A stretch of DNA of 64,000 bases from Limnohabitans sp. (lineage in GTDB: Bacteria > Pseudomonadota > Gammaproteobacteria > Burkholderiales > Burkholderiaceae_C). Shown in pieces: positions 44,659 through 54,874 of the stretch (positions are counted from its first letter, which is position 1; each line of letters begins with the position of its first letter). The stretch lies in NCBI GenBank assembly GCA_040401495.1, contig JBBAOI010000009.1. One strand, 5' to 3'. A model generated the notes under the pieces. That model was not told the DNA's origin. It made no database searches and worked only from the letters and a program-made list of their open reading frames with translations. The position numbers were made by a program, and so were the translations under genes.

Positions 44659-45264
44659 TTAGACGGCCCCAATCTTTTTGAGCAATAAGGTAGTTTCGTA
44701 CAAGGGCAAGCCCATGATGCCTGAGTAGCTTCCTGAAACACGGGAAATGAAAGCACTGGCGCGACCTTGAATAGCATAGGCCCCTGCTTTTCCCATGGGT
44801 TCTTGGCTGGCTACATAGTCTTGGATTTCTAATGCTGTCATAAGTGCAAATTTAACCCGCGAACGGCTCAATGCAAGGTGTATGTCTTGATTGTGACCGA
44901 TGGCGACGGCCGTCAAGACCAGATGCGTTTTGCCTGACAAAAGGCTCAACATCTTTGTCGCCTCGCTGGCATTGGCTGGTTTACCCAAAATTAGACTGTC
45001 CACTACTACAGTGGTGTCTGCGCACAATACAGGCGCAGACACCAATGACTGCTGTTGCATCTGCTGCATGGCAGATTGAAGTTTTAAACGGGTGACTCGT
45101 TTGACATATTTGAGTGCCGACTCAAGTGGCAACACCGCTTCTAAGGCCTCGGCTGCCTCTGGGTCGGTTGGCAGCAGCACTTGGTAAGCAACACCAATTT
45201 GATCGAGCAAGGCTTGTCGCCGCGGGCTTTGGGACGCCAAGTAAACAAACGGTAAAGCACTCAT
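44659..45264 (-). CDS. maf: Maf-like nucleoside triphosphate pyrophosphatase
   Basis: 201-aa ORF with motifs VYLASQSPRRQALLDQIG and GAYAIQG. Its stop abuts the rng start. Confidence 0.9.
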   Translation of the reverse strand: MSALPFVYLASQSPRRQALLDQIGVAYQVLLPTDPEAAEALEAVLPLESALKYVKRVTRLKLQSAMQQMQQQSLVSAPVLCADTTVVVDSLILGKPANASEATKMLSLLSGKTHLVLTAVAIGHNQDIHLALSRSRVKFALMTALEIQDYVASQEPMGKAGAYAIQGRASAFISRVSGSYSGIMGLPLYETTLLLKKIGAV

Positions 45265-45728
45265 TCGCGGTGATAAGGATGGTTGGTCATGATTGACCAG
45301 CAGCGGTAGAGTTGTTCAATCAGTACCACTCGGGCCATGGCATGGGGCAAAGTCATGTCAGACAAGCGTAGCAAGCTGCTGCCGTCTTTGCGAATAGCGG
45401 GGTCAAAGCCATCGGCGCCGCCGATGATGAAAGCCACGTCCTGCCCTTCAGATTGCCAACCGTTCCAGCGCTGCGCAAGGTCCATGGTGGTGGTGCGCTG
45501 CCCATGTTCATCAAGCCAAATTTTGTGGCAGTCGCGCGGTAAAACCTCATCGATGCGCTTTCTTTCAGCGGCCCAAATTTGGGCTGTGGTGCGAGACGCT
45601 CTGGGTTCAGCTTTGACAGTTTTGAGGCCTACGCCTGCTTCGGGCGGGAGTCGCTTGAGGTAATCATCCCAAGCCGTTTGCGCCCAGTCAGGCATTCGCA
45701 TACCAACTGCAACCACCCACAGCTTCAT
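45261..45728 (-). CDS. rlmH: 23S rRNA (pseudouridine1915-N3)-methyltransferase
   Basis: 155-aa SPOUT protein with motifs FIIGGADG and LSDMTLPHAMARVVLIEQLYR. Confidence 0.92.
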   Translation of the reverse strand: MKLWVVAVGMRMPDWAQTAWDDYLKRLPPEAGVGLKTVKAEPRASRTTAQIWAAERKRIDEVLPRDCHKIWLDEHGQRTTTMDLAQRWNGWQSEGQDVAFIIGGADGFDPAIRKDGSSLLRLSDMTLPHAMARVVLIEQLYRCWSIMTNHPYHRE

Positions 45729-46243
45729 TTTTTACGAGGTGCTGCGGGACGCTTTTTTACCGCTGGGGTCTTCTTGGTAGCGGAAGCAGCCTTTTTGGCC
45801 GGGGCAGTTTTTGTAGCTGCAGGTTTGGCTCGAACGGGTTTGACCGCGGCAGGTGGTTTTTCAATAACAGGTTTGGGTGCGCCTAGCTTGATTCGCACAG
45901 GTTTTTCGCCCCAAATTTCTTCTAAATGGTAATAGGTTCGAATGGCCGGCTGCATGATGTGGACCACCACAGAGCCGCAATCGACAATGATCCATTCCCC
46001 GTTGTCCTCGCCTTCCATGCGAGGCTTGGCAAAGCCTGCATCTCTGACACCATCGCGCACACTGGCAGCCAAGGCCTTGGTTTGTCGATTGGAAGTGCCA
46101 CTGGCGATCACGACCCGCTCAAACAACGATGACAAATGTTCGGTGTTAAAGACCACGATGTCTTGCGCCTTGACATCCTCCAGACTGTCAACAATGCTTC
46201 TTTGCAGTTTTTGAACGTCTTTTTTTTCAGCGGCTTCTGTCAT
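45725..46243 (-). CDS. rsfS: Ribosome silencing factor RsfS with Lys/Ala/Pro-rich C-terminal extension
   Basis: ORF trimmed to [13 protein letters not shown] (ATG 46243). The RsfS core shows DIVVFN, WIIVDCGSVVVHIM and YHLEEIWG. About 55 extra residues follow: ..KPPAAVKPVRAKPAATKTAPAKKAASATKKTPAVKKRPAAPRKK. Confidence 0.88.
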   Translation of the reverse strand: MTEAAEKKDVQKLQRSIVDSLEDVKAQDIVVFNTEHLSSLFERVVIASGTSNRQTKALAASVRDGVRDAGFAKPRMEGEDNGEWIIVDCGSVVVHIMQPAIRTYYHLEEIWGEKPVRIKLGAPKPVIEKPPAAVKPVRAKPAATKTAPAKKAASATKKTPAVKKRPAAPRKK

Positions 46244-46865
46244 GGGGTTCCAAATAAAGATGGTTTTGTTGGATGTAATGGGCGACGGGAGGCAAGAGAA
46301 GGTCAGACTCTGGGTGGCCTGACGCATAACTGGCACGCACGGAGGAAGAGCTGATATTCATCAAAGGTATGTTCATACGCATCACCCGTTCTAGGGGTAG
46401 ATTGTGCCACTCGACCGAATACGCCTTGTCAGCACTGATAGCAGGACGTTGAACCACCACCAGCATGGCCATCTCCAATAGCCGCTGCCATTGGTGCCAA
46501 AGCGTAAAACTTGCGGCTTGGTCAGCACCTACAAGAACACAAAATTGGGCGCTTGGGTGACGTACTTGCAACTCATCTAGGGTATCGACGGTATAACTCG
46601 GACCTACGCGACGAGTTTCCATGTCGTCCACCACCACCTGCGCCATGTTTTGAAAAGCCAAACGAGCCATGGCTAGGCGGTGACTGGCGTCGGACAAGAC
46701 ACGCGATTTATGCCAAGCCTGTCCAGTCGGGACTATGTACAAAATATCGAGTTTCTGATGCGCAATAACGGCCTGAGCCAAGGCTTGGTGCGCAAGATGA
46801 GGGGGGTCAAAAGCCCCGCCAAAAATGCCAATGCGCTGAACTTGGCTCAAGCGCTTTGAGCCCAA
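46227..46865 (-). CDS. nadD: Nicotinate-nucleotide adenylyltransferase
   Basis: 212-aa ORF with motifs [14 protein letters not shown] and ISSSSVR. The start is ambiguous: ATG 46865 overlaps the hemF end by 19 nt, while TTG 46850 would form a TTGA overlap. Confidence 0.88.
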   Translation of the reverse strand: MGSKRLSQVQRIGIFGGAFDPPHLAHQALAQAVIAHQKLDILYIVPTGQAWHKSRVLSDASHRLAMARLAFQNMAQVVVDDMETRRVGPSYTVDTLDELQVRHPSAQFCVLVGADQAASFTLWHQWQRLLEMAMLVVVQRPAISADKAYSVEWHNLPLERVMRMNIPLMNISSSSVRASYASGHPESDLLLPPVAHYIQQNHLYLEPHDRSR

Positions 46866-47770
46866 TCTTGGGGGACCAAAAAGTGCGTGTAGAGTTTTTC
46901 TTCTGCCGACCCGGCCTCAGGCGTTTGCTGGTAGGACCAACTCACCAGAGGCGGCAACGACATCAGAATAGATTCTGTGCGACCACCGGATTGAAGACCA
47001 AAGTGCGTGCCCCTGTCCCAAACCAAATTGAACTCCACATAGCGACCCCGCCTGTAGAGTTGGTGGTTTCGTTCGCGTTCCCCGTAAGAAGTGTCCATAC
47101 GTTTGGTGACGATGGGGAAATAGGCTTCGTTGAAAGCGTTACCGACGCTTTGCATCATGGCAAAACTCTTTTCAAAACCAAGTTCAGAAAAGTCATCAAA
47201 AAAGATGCCCCCAACCCCGCGGGGTTCGTTTCGGTGCTTGAGGAAAAAATACTCATCGCACCATTTTTTAAAACGCGGGTAATAAGAAGTATCAAAACCA
47301 TCTAAGGATTGTTTGCATTGGGTATGAAAGTGACGAGCGTCTTCATCAAAACCATAGTAAGGCGTTAAATCCATGCCGCCGCCAAACCAGGCCACGGCTT
47401 CTCCGGATTCAGGTTGGGCCAACAAAGCCCGAACATTCAAATGCACTGTGGGCACATACGGATTGCGTGGATGAAAAACCAAGGACACCCCCATGGCTTC
47501 AAAAGAAGAACCTGCCAGTTCTGGGCGATGTTGTGTTGCAGATGGGGGTAATTTGGGGCCTCGCACATGCGAAAACCCACAGCCGGCTCTTTCAAAAACA
47601 TTGCCGTTTTCTAAAATTTGGGTGATGCCTTTGCCTTGAAGCGTTTCACCCGGAGGTTTTTCCCATGGGTCACTTATAAACGCATGGCCGTCGATGGCAC
47701 TCAAGGCCGAGGTGATGCGTTGTTGCAATCCAAGCAAGTAGTCTCTTACAGGTTCAAAAGATGGGTTCAT
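46847..47770 (-). CDS. hemF: Oxygen-dependent coproporphyrinogen III oxidase
   Basis: ORF trimmed to [19 protein letters not shown]. Long collinear matches to HemF include [69 protein letters not shown]. Confidence 0.93.
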   Translation of the reverse strand: MNPSFEPVRDYLLGLQQRITSALSAIDGHAFISDPWEKPPGETLQGKGITQILENGNVFERAGCGFSHVRGPKLPPSATQHRPELAGSSFEAMGVSLVFHPRNPYVPTVHLNVRALLAQPESGEAVAWFGGGMDLTPYYGFDEDARHFHTQCKQSLDGFDTSYYPRFKKWCDEYFFLKHRNEPRGVGGIFFDDFSELGFEKSFAMMQSVGNAFNEAYFPIVTKRMDTSYGERERNHQLYRRGRYVEFNLVWDRGTHFGLQSGGRTESILMSLPPLVSWSYQQTPEAGSAEEKLYTHFLVPQDWAQSA

Positions 47771-47801
47771 AGAGATGAGGCTTTGGAATGAATAGTTGGT
47801 T

Positions 47802-49088
47802 TTATCGGCGAATAGCACGAAAGCCAATGTCACGCCGCATTTGCATCCCTTTGAAATGCAGTTGATCAGCTAAAGCATAGGCATGGGTCTGGGCTTGCTT
47901 GACAGTGTCGCCAAGGGCGGTCACACACAACACCCGTCCACCGCTGGAGAAAATCTTGCCATCTTTAAGAACCGTGCCAGCGTGAAAAACCATGGCCTCA
48001 TCAGTATCTGACGGTAACCCATGAATCTCTTGCCCAAGTTCGGGTGTTGCGGGGTAGTTGGCGGCGGCCATGACCACGCCAAGTGCACAACGCCTGTCCC
48101 ATTGCAGTTCGATATTTGACAGTGTCAAGGGATCAGCATCCGTGGCAGCCAAAAGTAATTCAAGCAAATCACTTTTGAGGCGCATCATGATGGGCTGTGT
48201 TTCAGGGTCACCCATTCGGCAGTTGAACTCGAGCACTTTGAGCTTGCCTTCTTTACCAATCATTAAGCCTGCATACAAAAACCCAGAGTAAGAAATGCCA
48301 TCTTGTTGCATGCCTTTGAGCGTAGGCTGTATGACTTCACGCATGACTTTGGCGTGGATTTCAGGCGTGACGACCGGTGCAGGCGAATAAGCACCCATAC
48401 CGCCCGTGTTGGGGCCTAAGTCGGCATCCAACAACCGCTTGTGGTCCTGCGAAGTGGCCAAGGGCATAGCAGTCAAGCCGTGGGCCACCACCATGAAACT
48501 GGCTTCTTCACCGTCCAAAAACTCTTCAATGACCACTCTGGCGACGCCTTGGTTGTGCTGTACGGCGGCATCGCTGGCAAGCATATGGTCGATGGCCGCA
48601 TGGGCTTGTTGTATATCCATGGCAACCACCACGCCTTTGCCAGCAGCCAAACCATCGGCTTTAACCACGATGGGCGCACCTTTGGCATTCACATAGGCAT
48701 GCGCCTTGGCGGCATCTTCAAACACTTGGTATTGAGCTGTGGGAATCCCGTGCCTGAGCATGAAGGCTTTTGAAAAGGCTTTGGAACTTTCAAGCTGGGC
48801 GGCCGCTTGGGTAGGGCCAAAAATGCGCAAGCCGTGCTGACGAAATTCATCCACAATGCCTGCTGCCAGCGGGGCTTCGGGGCCGACCACGGTCAAATCA
48901 ATGTGTTTGGCTTGCGCCCATTCGCGCAGTGCCACTTTGTCGGTGAGCGCTATGTTGTCAAAATCTTTGTGCTTGGCCGTACCGCCATTGCCTGGGGCGA
49001 CATAAATGCGTTGAACCTGTGGCGAAAGATTGAGCTTCCAAGCCAGTGCATGCTCTCGACCGCCACCACCGACCATGAGTATTTTCAT
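47802..49088 (-). CDS. purD: Phosphoribosylamine-glycine ligase
   Basis: 428-aa ATP-grasp ORF with N-terminus [19 protein letters not shown]. Its ATG overlaps the yebC stop. Confidence 0.94.
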   Translation of the reverse strand: MKILMVGGGGREHALAWKLNLSPQVQRIYVAPGNGGTAKHKDFDNIALTDKVALREWAQAKHIDLTVVGPEAPLAAGIVDEFRQHGLRIFGPTQAAAQLESSKAFSKAFMLRHGIPTAQYQVFEDAAKAHAYVNAKGAPIVVKADGLAAGKGVVVAMDIQQAHAAIDHMLASDAAVQHNQGVARVVIEEFLDGEEASFMVVAHGLTAMPLATSQDHKRLLDADLGPNTGGMGAYSPAPVVTPEIHAKVMREVIQPTLKGMQQDGISYSGFLYAGLMIGKEGKLKVLEFNCRMGDPETQPIMMRLKSDLLELLLAATDADPLTLSNIELQWDRRCALGVVMAAANYPATPELGQEIHGLPSDTDEAMVFHAGTVLKDGKIFSSGGRVLCVTALGDTVKQAQTHAYALADQLHFKGMQMRRDIGFRAIRR

Positions 49089-49804
49089 AGCGCCGCGTTA
49101 TGAAAAACCTCTTGAACATCGTCGAGTTCTTCAAGGGCGTCAATGATTTTTTGCATTTTCAGTCTATCGTCGTCATTCAGCTCGATGGTCACTTCAGGGC
49201 GATAAGTCACTTCAGCCATGCCGGCTTGTAGGCCTGCAGCATCAAGGGCTGATTTGACAGCCTCAAAAGCTGTAGGCGATGTTAAGACTTCAACCGCCCC
49301 ATCTTCGTCAACCAAGACATCGTCTGCACCAGCATCCAAGGCAGCCTCCACGACCGCATCTTCGCAGGTGCCAGGCGCCAAAAGAAATTGCCCACAATGC
49401 TTGAATTGAAAGGCCACAGAGCCCTCGGTACCTAAATTGCCGCCATGTTTACTCAAAGCGTGACGCACCTCAGCAACAGTGCGAACTTTGTTGTCTGTCA
49501 TGGTGTCGACCATCAGGGCGACGCCGCCTACGCCATAACCTTCGTAGCGTATTTCCTCGTAGTTCACACCCTCAAGGTTGCCGGTGGCTTTATCAATATT
49601 TCGCTTAACGGTGTCAGCTGGCAGATTAACCGACTTGGCTTTTTCAACAGCCATACGCAAACGCGGATTGGTGTCCAAATCCCCACCACCCAAACGGGCA
49701 GCCACCATGATTTCACGAATCACACGGGTCCAAACTTTGCCACGCTTTTCGTCTTGACGACCCTTACGGTGCTGGATATTCGCCCATTTGCTGTGGCCTG
49801 CCAC
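49085..49804 (-). CDS. yebC: YebC/PmpR family DNA-binding transcriptional regulator
   Basis: 239-aa ORF with a GTG start and N-terminus [18 protein letters not shown]. It starts 2 nt after the clpA stop. Confidence 0.92.
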   Translation of the reverse strand: MAGHSKWANIQHRKGRQDEKRGKVWTRVIREIMVAARLGGGDLDTNPRLRMAVEKAKSVNLPADTVKRNIDKATGNLEGVNYEEIRYEGYGVGGVALMVDTMTDNKVRTVAEVRHALSKHGGNLGTEGSVAFQFKHCGQFLLAPGTCEDAVVEAALDAGADDVLVDEDGAVEVLTSPTAFEAVKSALDAAGLQAGMAEVTYRPEVTIELNDDDRLKMQKIIDALEELDDVQEVFHNAAL

Positions 49805-49806
49805 GC

Positions 49807-52134
49807 TTAACCCGCCTCAGCTTCTTCAGGTTCAGCAGGCTCTGACTTGGATGCTCTGGATTCTTTCTTTGGCAAGGGTTGAATATCGAGCAACACCTCT
49901 TCCTTGTCGTCGATATCCACTGTTAAGCGACCACCCTCGGTGAGTCGGCCAAACAACAACTCGTCGGCCAAAGCACGACGGATCATGTCCTGAATCAAAC
50001 GTTGCATGGGACGCGCACCCATCAAAGGATCAAAACCTTTTTTGGCCAAAAATTTACGCAAGGCATCGGTGAAAGTGACGTCAACCTTTTTCTCTGCCAA
50101 CTGGGTTTCAAGTTGCAGCAAAAATTTGTCGACCACACGCATGATGACGATTTCATCAAGCGCTTTGAAGCTAACGGTGGCGTCCAAGCGGTTGCGGAAC
50201 TCGGGGGTGAACAAGCGTTTGATGTCAGCCAACTCGTCGCCCGCTTCACGAGCGTTTGTGAAACCAATGGTGGACTTGTTCATGGTTTCTGCGCCTGCAT
50301 TGGTCGTCATGATGACGATGACATTGCGGAAATCAGCTTTACGACCGTTGTTGTCTGTCAATGTGCCATGGTCCATAACCTGCAACAACACATTAAAGAT
50401 GTCGGGATGGGCTTTTTCAATTTCGTCAAGTAACAGCACAGAATGGGGTTTCTTTGTAACGGCTTCGGTCAGCAAGCCGCCTTGGTCAAAGCCCACATAA
50501 CCGGGAGGTGCGCCAATCAGGCGACTCACCGCGTGGCGCTCCATGTACTCAGACATGTCAAAGCGAATCAACTCAATGCCCAAGATATAGGCCAGTTGTT
50601 TGGCAGCTTCGGTCTTGCCAACACCGGTGGGACCGCTGAATAAAAAGGACCCAATAGGCTTGTCGGCTTTACCTAAGCCTGAGCGAGCCATCTTGACGGC
50701 TGAGGCCAAGACCTCTAAAGCTTTGTCTTGCCCAAACACCACGCTTTTTAAATCGCGCTCTAAAGTTTGCAGCTTGCCGCGGTCATCATTTGAAACACTG
50801 GCAGGCGGGATACGCGCTATTTTGGCGACGATGTCTTCAATTTCGGTCTTGCTGATGGTCTTTTTGCGCTTAGAGACAGGCAATATACGTTGCGCTGCGC
50901 CTGCCTCGTCAATCACATCGATGGCTTTGTCTGGCAGGTGGCGGTCGTTAATGTATTTGGCACTCAGTTCTGCTGCCGCTTGAAGCGCTGCGACCGCATA
51001 CTTAACGCTGTGGTGCTCTTCGAAACGTGACTTCAACCCTTTGAGAATATCAACAGTCTGCTCGACAGTGGGTTCGACCACATCAACTTTTTGGAAGCGA
51101 CGTGAAAGAGCGGCGTCTTTTTCGAAAATGCCTCGGTATTCGGTGAAGGTGGTGGCGCCTATGCACTTCAATTGACCGGAACTCAAGGCAGGTTTGAGCA
51201 AATTGGACGCATCCAAAGTGCCGCCTGAGGCTGCACCGGCGCCGATCAGAGTATGAATTTCATCAATGAACAACACTGCATTAGGCTTGTCTTTCAATGA
51301 CTTTAAAACGCCTTTGAGGCGTTGCTCAAAGTCACCGCGGTACTTTGTGCCAGCCAGCAAGGCACCCATGTCCAAAGAGTACACCTGAGAATCAGCCAAT
51401 ATTTCAGGCACCTCTTTTTGCGTAATGCGCCAGGCCAAGCCTTCGGCAATGGCGGTCTTTCCTACGCCGGCCTCGCCAACCAACAAAGGGTTGTTTTTAC
51501 GACGACGACACAGAATTTGAATCACACGCTCGACCTCGTACTCGCGACCAATCAAGGGGTCAATCTTTCCGTCCTTGGCCAATTGGTTGAGGTTCTGAGT
51601 GAATTGCTCCAAAGGTGAAGATTTTTCTGACTTCTCAGGAGACTCCTCGTTTTCTGAAGGCGAAGATTCCACACTTTTGCTGGGTTCTGGAGGATCGTTT
51701 TTCTTGATACCGTGGGCAATGAAATTGACCACATCCAAGCGAGTGACGCCTTGCTGGTGAAGGTAGTACACCGCATGGGAGTCTTTCTCCCCAAAGATGG
51801 CCACCAACACATTGGCGCCAGTGACTTCTTTTTTGCCATTGCCAGTGGACTGCACGTGCATGATGGCGCGTTGGATAACGCGTTGAAAGCCTAAGGTAGG
51901 TTGGGTGTCCACCTCGTCAGTTCCGGCAACTTGTGGGGTATTGTCTTTGATGAAGTTGGAAAGCGATTTGCGCAAGTCATCAATGTTGGCTGAACATGCT
52001 CTGAGAACTTCAGCAGCGCTGGGGTTGTCTAGCAAGGCCAAAAGCAGGTGCTCGACAGTGATGAATTCATGCCTTTGTTGCCTGGCCTCTACAAAGGCCA
52101 TGTGTAAGCTGACTTCAAGTTCTTGGGCAATCAT
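49807..52134 (-). CDS. clpA: ATP-dependent Clp protease ATP-binding subunit ClpA
   Basis: ORF trimmed to [35 protein letters not shown] (ATG 52134). It has two AAA+ modules (Walker [10 protein letters not shown] and GPTGVGKTE) and follows clpS. Confidence 0.94.
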   Translation of the reverse strand: MIAQELEVSLHMAFVEARQQRHEFITVEHLLLALLDNPSAAEVLRACSANIDDLRKSLSNFIKDNTPQVAGTDEVDTQPTLGFQRVIQRAIMHVQSTGNGKKEVTGANVLVAIFGEKDSHAVYYLHQQGVTRLDVVNFIAHGIKKNDPPEPSKSVESSPSENEESPEKSEKSSPLEQFTQNLNQLAKDGKIDPLIGREYEVERVIQILCRRRKNNPLLVGEAGVGKTAIAEGLAWRITQKEVPEILADSQVYSLDMGALLAGTKYRGDFEQRLKGVLKSLKDKPNAVLFIDEIHTLIGAGAASGGTLDASNLLKPALSSGQLKCIGATTFTEYRGIFEKDAALSRRFQKVDVVEPTVEQTVDILKGLKSRFEEHHSVKYAVAALQAAAELSAKYINDRHLPDKAIDVIDEAGAAQRILPVSKRKKTISKTEIEDIVAKIARIPPASVSNDDRGKLQTLERDLKSVVFGQDKALEVLASAVKMARSGLGKADKPIGSFLFSGPTGVGKTEAAKQLAYILGIELIRFDMSEYMERHAVSRLIGAPPGYVGFDQGGLLTEAVTKKPHSVLLLDEIEKAHPDIFNVLLQVMDHGTLTDNNGRKADFRNVIVIMTTNAGAETMNKSTIGFTNAREAGDELADIKRLFTPEFRNRLDATVSFKALDEIVIMRVVDKFLLQLETQLAEKKVDVTFTDALRKFLAKKGFDPLMGARPMQRLIQDMIRRALADELLFGRLTEGGRLTVDIDDKEEVLLDIQPLPKKESRASKSEPAEPEEAEAG

Positions 52135-52192
52135 GGAAATTCCTTCTGGCAATCTTTGTGTAGGTTCAACTGTATATGGAAACGATGGGACA

Positions 52193-52540
52193 TTATTCAA
52201 CGGGCTCGAGCAAAGCTTGCAGGGGGTGCCCAGCCTGATGCGCAGCGTCTTGGACTTGGTCAACTTTGCTGGCGGCAACGTCCCTGGTGTAAACCCCACA
52301 TATCCCTTTGCCGTCTAAATGGATCTTGAGCATGATTTGGGTGGCCGCCTCACGGTCTTTGCCAAAAAACTCCTGCAAAACCCTGACAACAAACTCCATG
52401 GGTGTGAAATCGTCATTGAGCATGACCACTTGGTACATCTGTGGGGGTTGGGTGCGCTGCGTGCGTCGCTCTAGAACGACAGAGTCTGAGTCGCCTGTGT
52501 GAACGGGTGGGATAACAGGCTTTGAAGGGGTGTTGGGCAT
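52193..52540 (-). CDS. clpS: ATP-dependent Clp protease adaptor ClpS
   Basis: 115-aa ORF with core [25 protein letters not shown]. Confidence 0.93.
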   Translation of the reverse strand: MPNTPSKPVIPPVHTGDSDSVVLERRTQRTQPPQMYQVVMLNDDFTPMEFVVRVLQEFFGKDREAATQIMLKIHLDGKGICGVYTRDVAASKVDQVQDAAHQAGHPLQALLEPVE

Positions 52541-52704
52541 GCTCTCATTCTATCGATGACGTCTAGGGCACTCCCAAAACTGAAAAAATGTCCGGGATTC
52601 TATTTTTAAATAGTTATTTAAAATTACTTTACAATAAGTTAAAACTGTATTCTACTTTTTAAGTATTCATTTTATTAAAATTTCAATCCGCAAAGGGGTA
52701 GGCC
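52541..52704. promoter_or_regulatory. Strongly AT-rich divergent control region for clpS-clpA and the cspD-like gene
   Basis: 164-bp gap, conspicuously AT-rich against its flanks. It contains the 14-bp palindrome CTATTT-TT-AAATAG (52600-52613). An AGGGG Shine-Dalgarno lies upstream of the csp ATG. No individual promoter hexamers could be assigned. Confidence 0.5.
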
Positions 52705-53013
52705 ATGGCGTTTGGCATTGTGAAGTGGTTTAACAACCATAAGGGATTCGGTTTTATCGAGTCCTCAGAAATTGGACAGGACGTATTTGCACATTTCAGC
52801 CAAGTAGACATGGAGGGCTTTAAAACGCTCCAACAAGGTGCCAGTGTTATGTATGAGCCCATACAAGGCCCACGCGGTTGGATGGCAAAAAACATCAAGG
52901 TCATTGCTGCACCCGCAAGCCCCGACAACGCAACAGAACCTCAGGTCAGCCCACGCACTAGCCGACTAAGAACCCCTCAATTCAGAGCCAACCTGTTAGG
53001 CCAAAACTGCTGA
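52705..53013 (+). CDS. Cold-shock domain protein (CspD-like) with C-terminal extension
   Basis: 102-aa ORF with RNP1 KGFGFI and RNP2 VFAHF in the first ~67 aa, followed by a P/S/T/R-rich 35-aa tail. Its position divergent from clpS mirrors the E. coli cspD locus. Confidence 0.85.
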   Translation: MAFGIVKWFNNHKGFGFIESSEIGQDVFAHFSQVDMEGFKTLQQGASVMYEPIQGPRGWMAKNIKVIAAPASPDNATEPQVSPRTSRLRTPQFRANLLGQNC

Positions 53014-53030
53014 ACGAGGAGCCTTGCGGT

Positions 53031-54284
53031 TTACATGTGGTCGATCATGACCTGACCAAACCCGGAACAACTCACTTGTGTTGCCCCCTCCATGAGTCGG
53101 GCAAAGTCATAGGTAACTTTCTTGCTAAGAATGGATTTTTCCATTGAGGAGATGATCAGGTCGGCAGCTTCGACCCAGCCCATGTGGCGCAGCATCATTT
53201 CTGCTGACAGAATTTCCGAGCCGGGGTTCACATAGTCTTTGCCTGCGTACTTAGGCGCTGTGCCATGGGTAGCTTCAAAGCAGGCTACAGAGTCAGACAA
53301 ATTCGCGCCTGGGGCAATGCCAATGCCGCCGACTTGAGCGGCCAAAGCGTCAGAAATGTAATCGCCATTCAGGTTCAAGGTGGCAATCACGCTGTACTCG
53401 GCAGGACGGAGCAAAATTTGCTGCAAAAAGGCATCAGCAATGCTGTCTTTGACGATGATTTCTTTGCCAGTTTTGGGGTTGTTGAATTTGCACCAAGGAC
53501 CGCCATCGATGAGTTGGGCACCAAACTCTTTTTGAGCCAAACCATAAGCCCAGTCACGAAAGCCCCCCTCGGTGTACTTCATGATGTTGCCTTTATGGAC
53601 GATGGTCACATTGGGCTTGTCGTTATCGATCGCATATTGGATAGCTTTTCTTACCAAACGCTCGGTACCTTCGCGCGAAACGGGCTTGATGCCGATGCCC
53701 GAGGTATTGGGGAATCGAATTTTAGTGACACCCATTTCTTCGATCAAAAACTTGATGAGCTTTTTGGCTTTGTCGCTCTGTGCTTCATACTCGATGCCAG
53801 CGTAAATATCCTCTGAGTTTTCGCGGAAGATGACCATATGGGTCTTCTCAGGCTCCTTCAAAGGAGACGGCACGCCTTTGAAATACTGAACAGGACGCAA
53901 GCACACATACAAATCAAGTTCTTGGCGCAAAGCCACATTCAGCGAGCGGATACCACCGCCCACGGGCGTGGTGAGTGGCCCTTTGATGGACACCACATAT
54001 TCCCTCAAAACCGCCAAAGTTTCTTCGGGCAACCAGACATCTGGGCCGTAAATTTGGGTGGATTTTTCACCGGCATACACCTCCATCCAGTGAATTTGTC
54101 GCTTGCCGCCATAGGCCTTGGCTACAGCTGCATCGACCACTTTGAGCATGACAGGGGTGATGTCAAGTCCGGTACCGTCACCCTCAATATAGGGAATGAT
54201 GGGCTGCAGGGGGACAGTCAAAGACATGTCTTTGTTGACGATAATTTTTTCGCCCTGGGCGGGCACCTTGATATGCTGATACAA
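53031..54284 (-). CDS. icd: NADP-dependent isocitrate dehydrogenase
   Basis: The track ORF extends to 54353. I place the start at TTG 54284 (GGAGA 7 nt upstream), giving [14 protein letters not shown].., collinear with the usual Icd N-terminus. Motifs are [19 protein letters not shown] and [10 protein letters not shown]. Confidence 0.9.
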   Translation of the reverse strand: MYQHIKVPAQGEKIIVNKDMSLTVPLQPIIPYIEGDGTGLDITPVMLKVVDAAVAKAYGGKRQIHWMEVYAGEKSTQIYGPDVWLPEETLAVLREYVVSIKGPLTTPVGGGIRSLNVALRQELDLYVCLRPVQYFKGVPSPLKEPEKTHMVIFRENSEDIYAGIEYEAQSDKAKKLIKFLIEEMGVTKIRFPNTSGIGIKPVSREGTERLVRKAIQYAIDNDKPNVTIVHKGNIMKYTEGGFRDWAYGLAQKEFGAQLIDGGPWCKFNNPKTGKEIIVKDSIADAFLQQILLRPAEYSVIATLNLNGDYISDALAAQVGGIGIAPGANLSDSVACFEATHGTAPKYAGKDYVNPGSEILSAEMMLRHMGWVEAADLIISSMEKSILSKKVTYDFARLMEGATQVSCSGFGQVMIDHM

Positions 54285-54374
54285 GAGAATGTCTCCAGAA
54301 AGTGAACAACAAGGCGGCAGAGGAAAGCCGCAGCTCAGTGGGTAAATCTTCAAATCATTCTAACCAAGCATCCT

Positions 54375-54863
54375 ATGAACCAGCTTACTGTTTCCCTCAC
54401 GCCAAGCCCAAGGGCTTTGTTTCAAGGCTTTGTGCTGGCCGTTGCTGCCTTGACTGCACCTTTGCAGGCTTGGGCCCAAGAGCCCCAAACCGATTTACAG
54501 CGCTTGGTGATTCAAGCAGGAATGTTTCAAATTGATGCCCAAATAGCCCAAACTCCTGAGCAACGGCAAATCGGACTGATGTTTCGAAAGGACATGCCCA
54601 CGCATGAAGGCATGTTGTTTGTCTTTGAAGAGCCTCAAAAACAATGTTTTTGGATGAAAAATACCTTGCTCCCCCTGACAGCCGCTTTTGTTGATGAAGA
54701 TGGTGTGATCGTCAACACCGCGGATATGCAACCGCAAACCACAGAGTCTCACTGCTCTGACAAACCGGTGCGATTTGTACTTGAGATGAACCAAGGTTGG
54801 TTTGCGAAAAAGAAGATTGGCAAAGGCTACAAACTCAAATCGGCCGTGTTCGCCAAAAAATAA
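54375..54863 (+). CDS. DUF192 domain-containing secreted protein
   Basis: 162-aa ORF with a signal peptide (..VAALTAPLQAWAQ). DUF192-like core GLMFRKDMPTHEGMLFVF..FWMKNTLLPLTAAFVDEDG. Confidence 0.75.
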   Translation: MNQLTVSLTPSPRALFQGFVLAVAALTAPLQAWAQEPQTDLQRLVIQAGMFQIDAQIAQTPEQRQIGLMFRKDMPTHEGMLFVFEEPQKQCFWMKNTLLPLTAAFVDEDGVIVNTADMQPQTTESHCSDKPVRFVLEMNQGWFAKKKIGKGYKLKSAVFAKK

Positions 54864-54874
54864 TCTCACTTAAC

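Noticed and set aside
45725-45900. Lys/Ala/Pro-rich segment as a separate histone-like gene
   Set aside because: It is in frame with and contiguous to the RsfS core, with no internal start or SD. I treat it as a C-terminal extension of rsfS.
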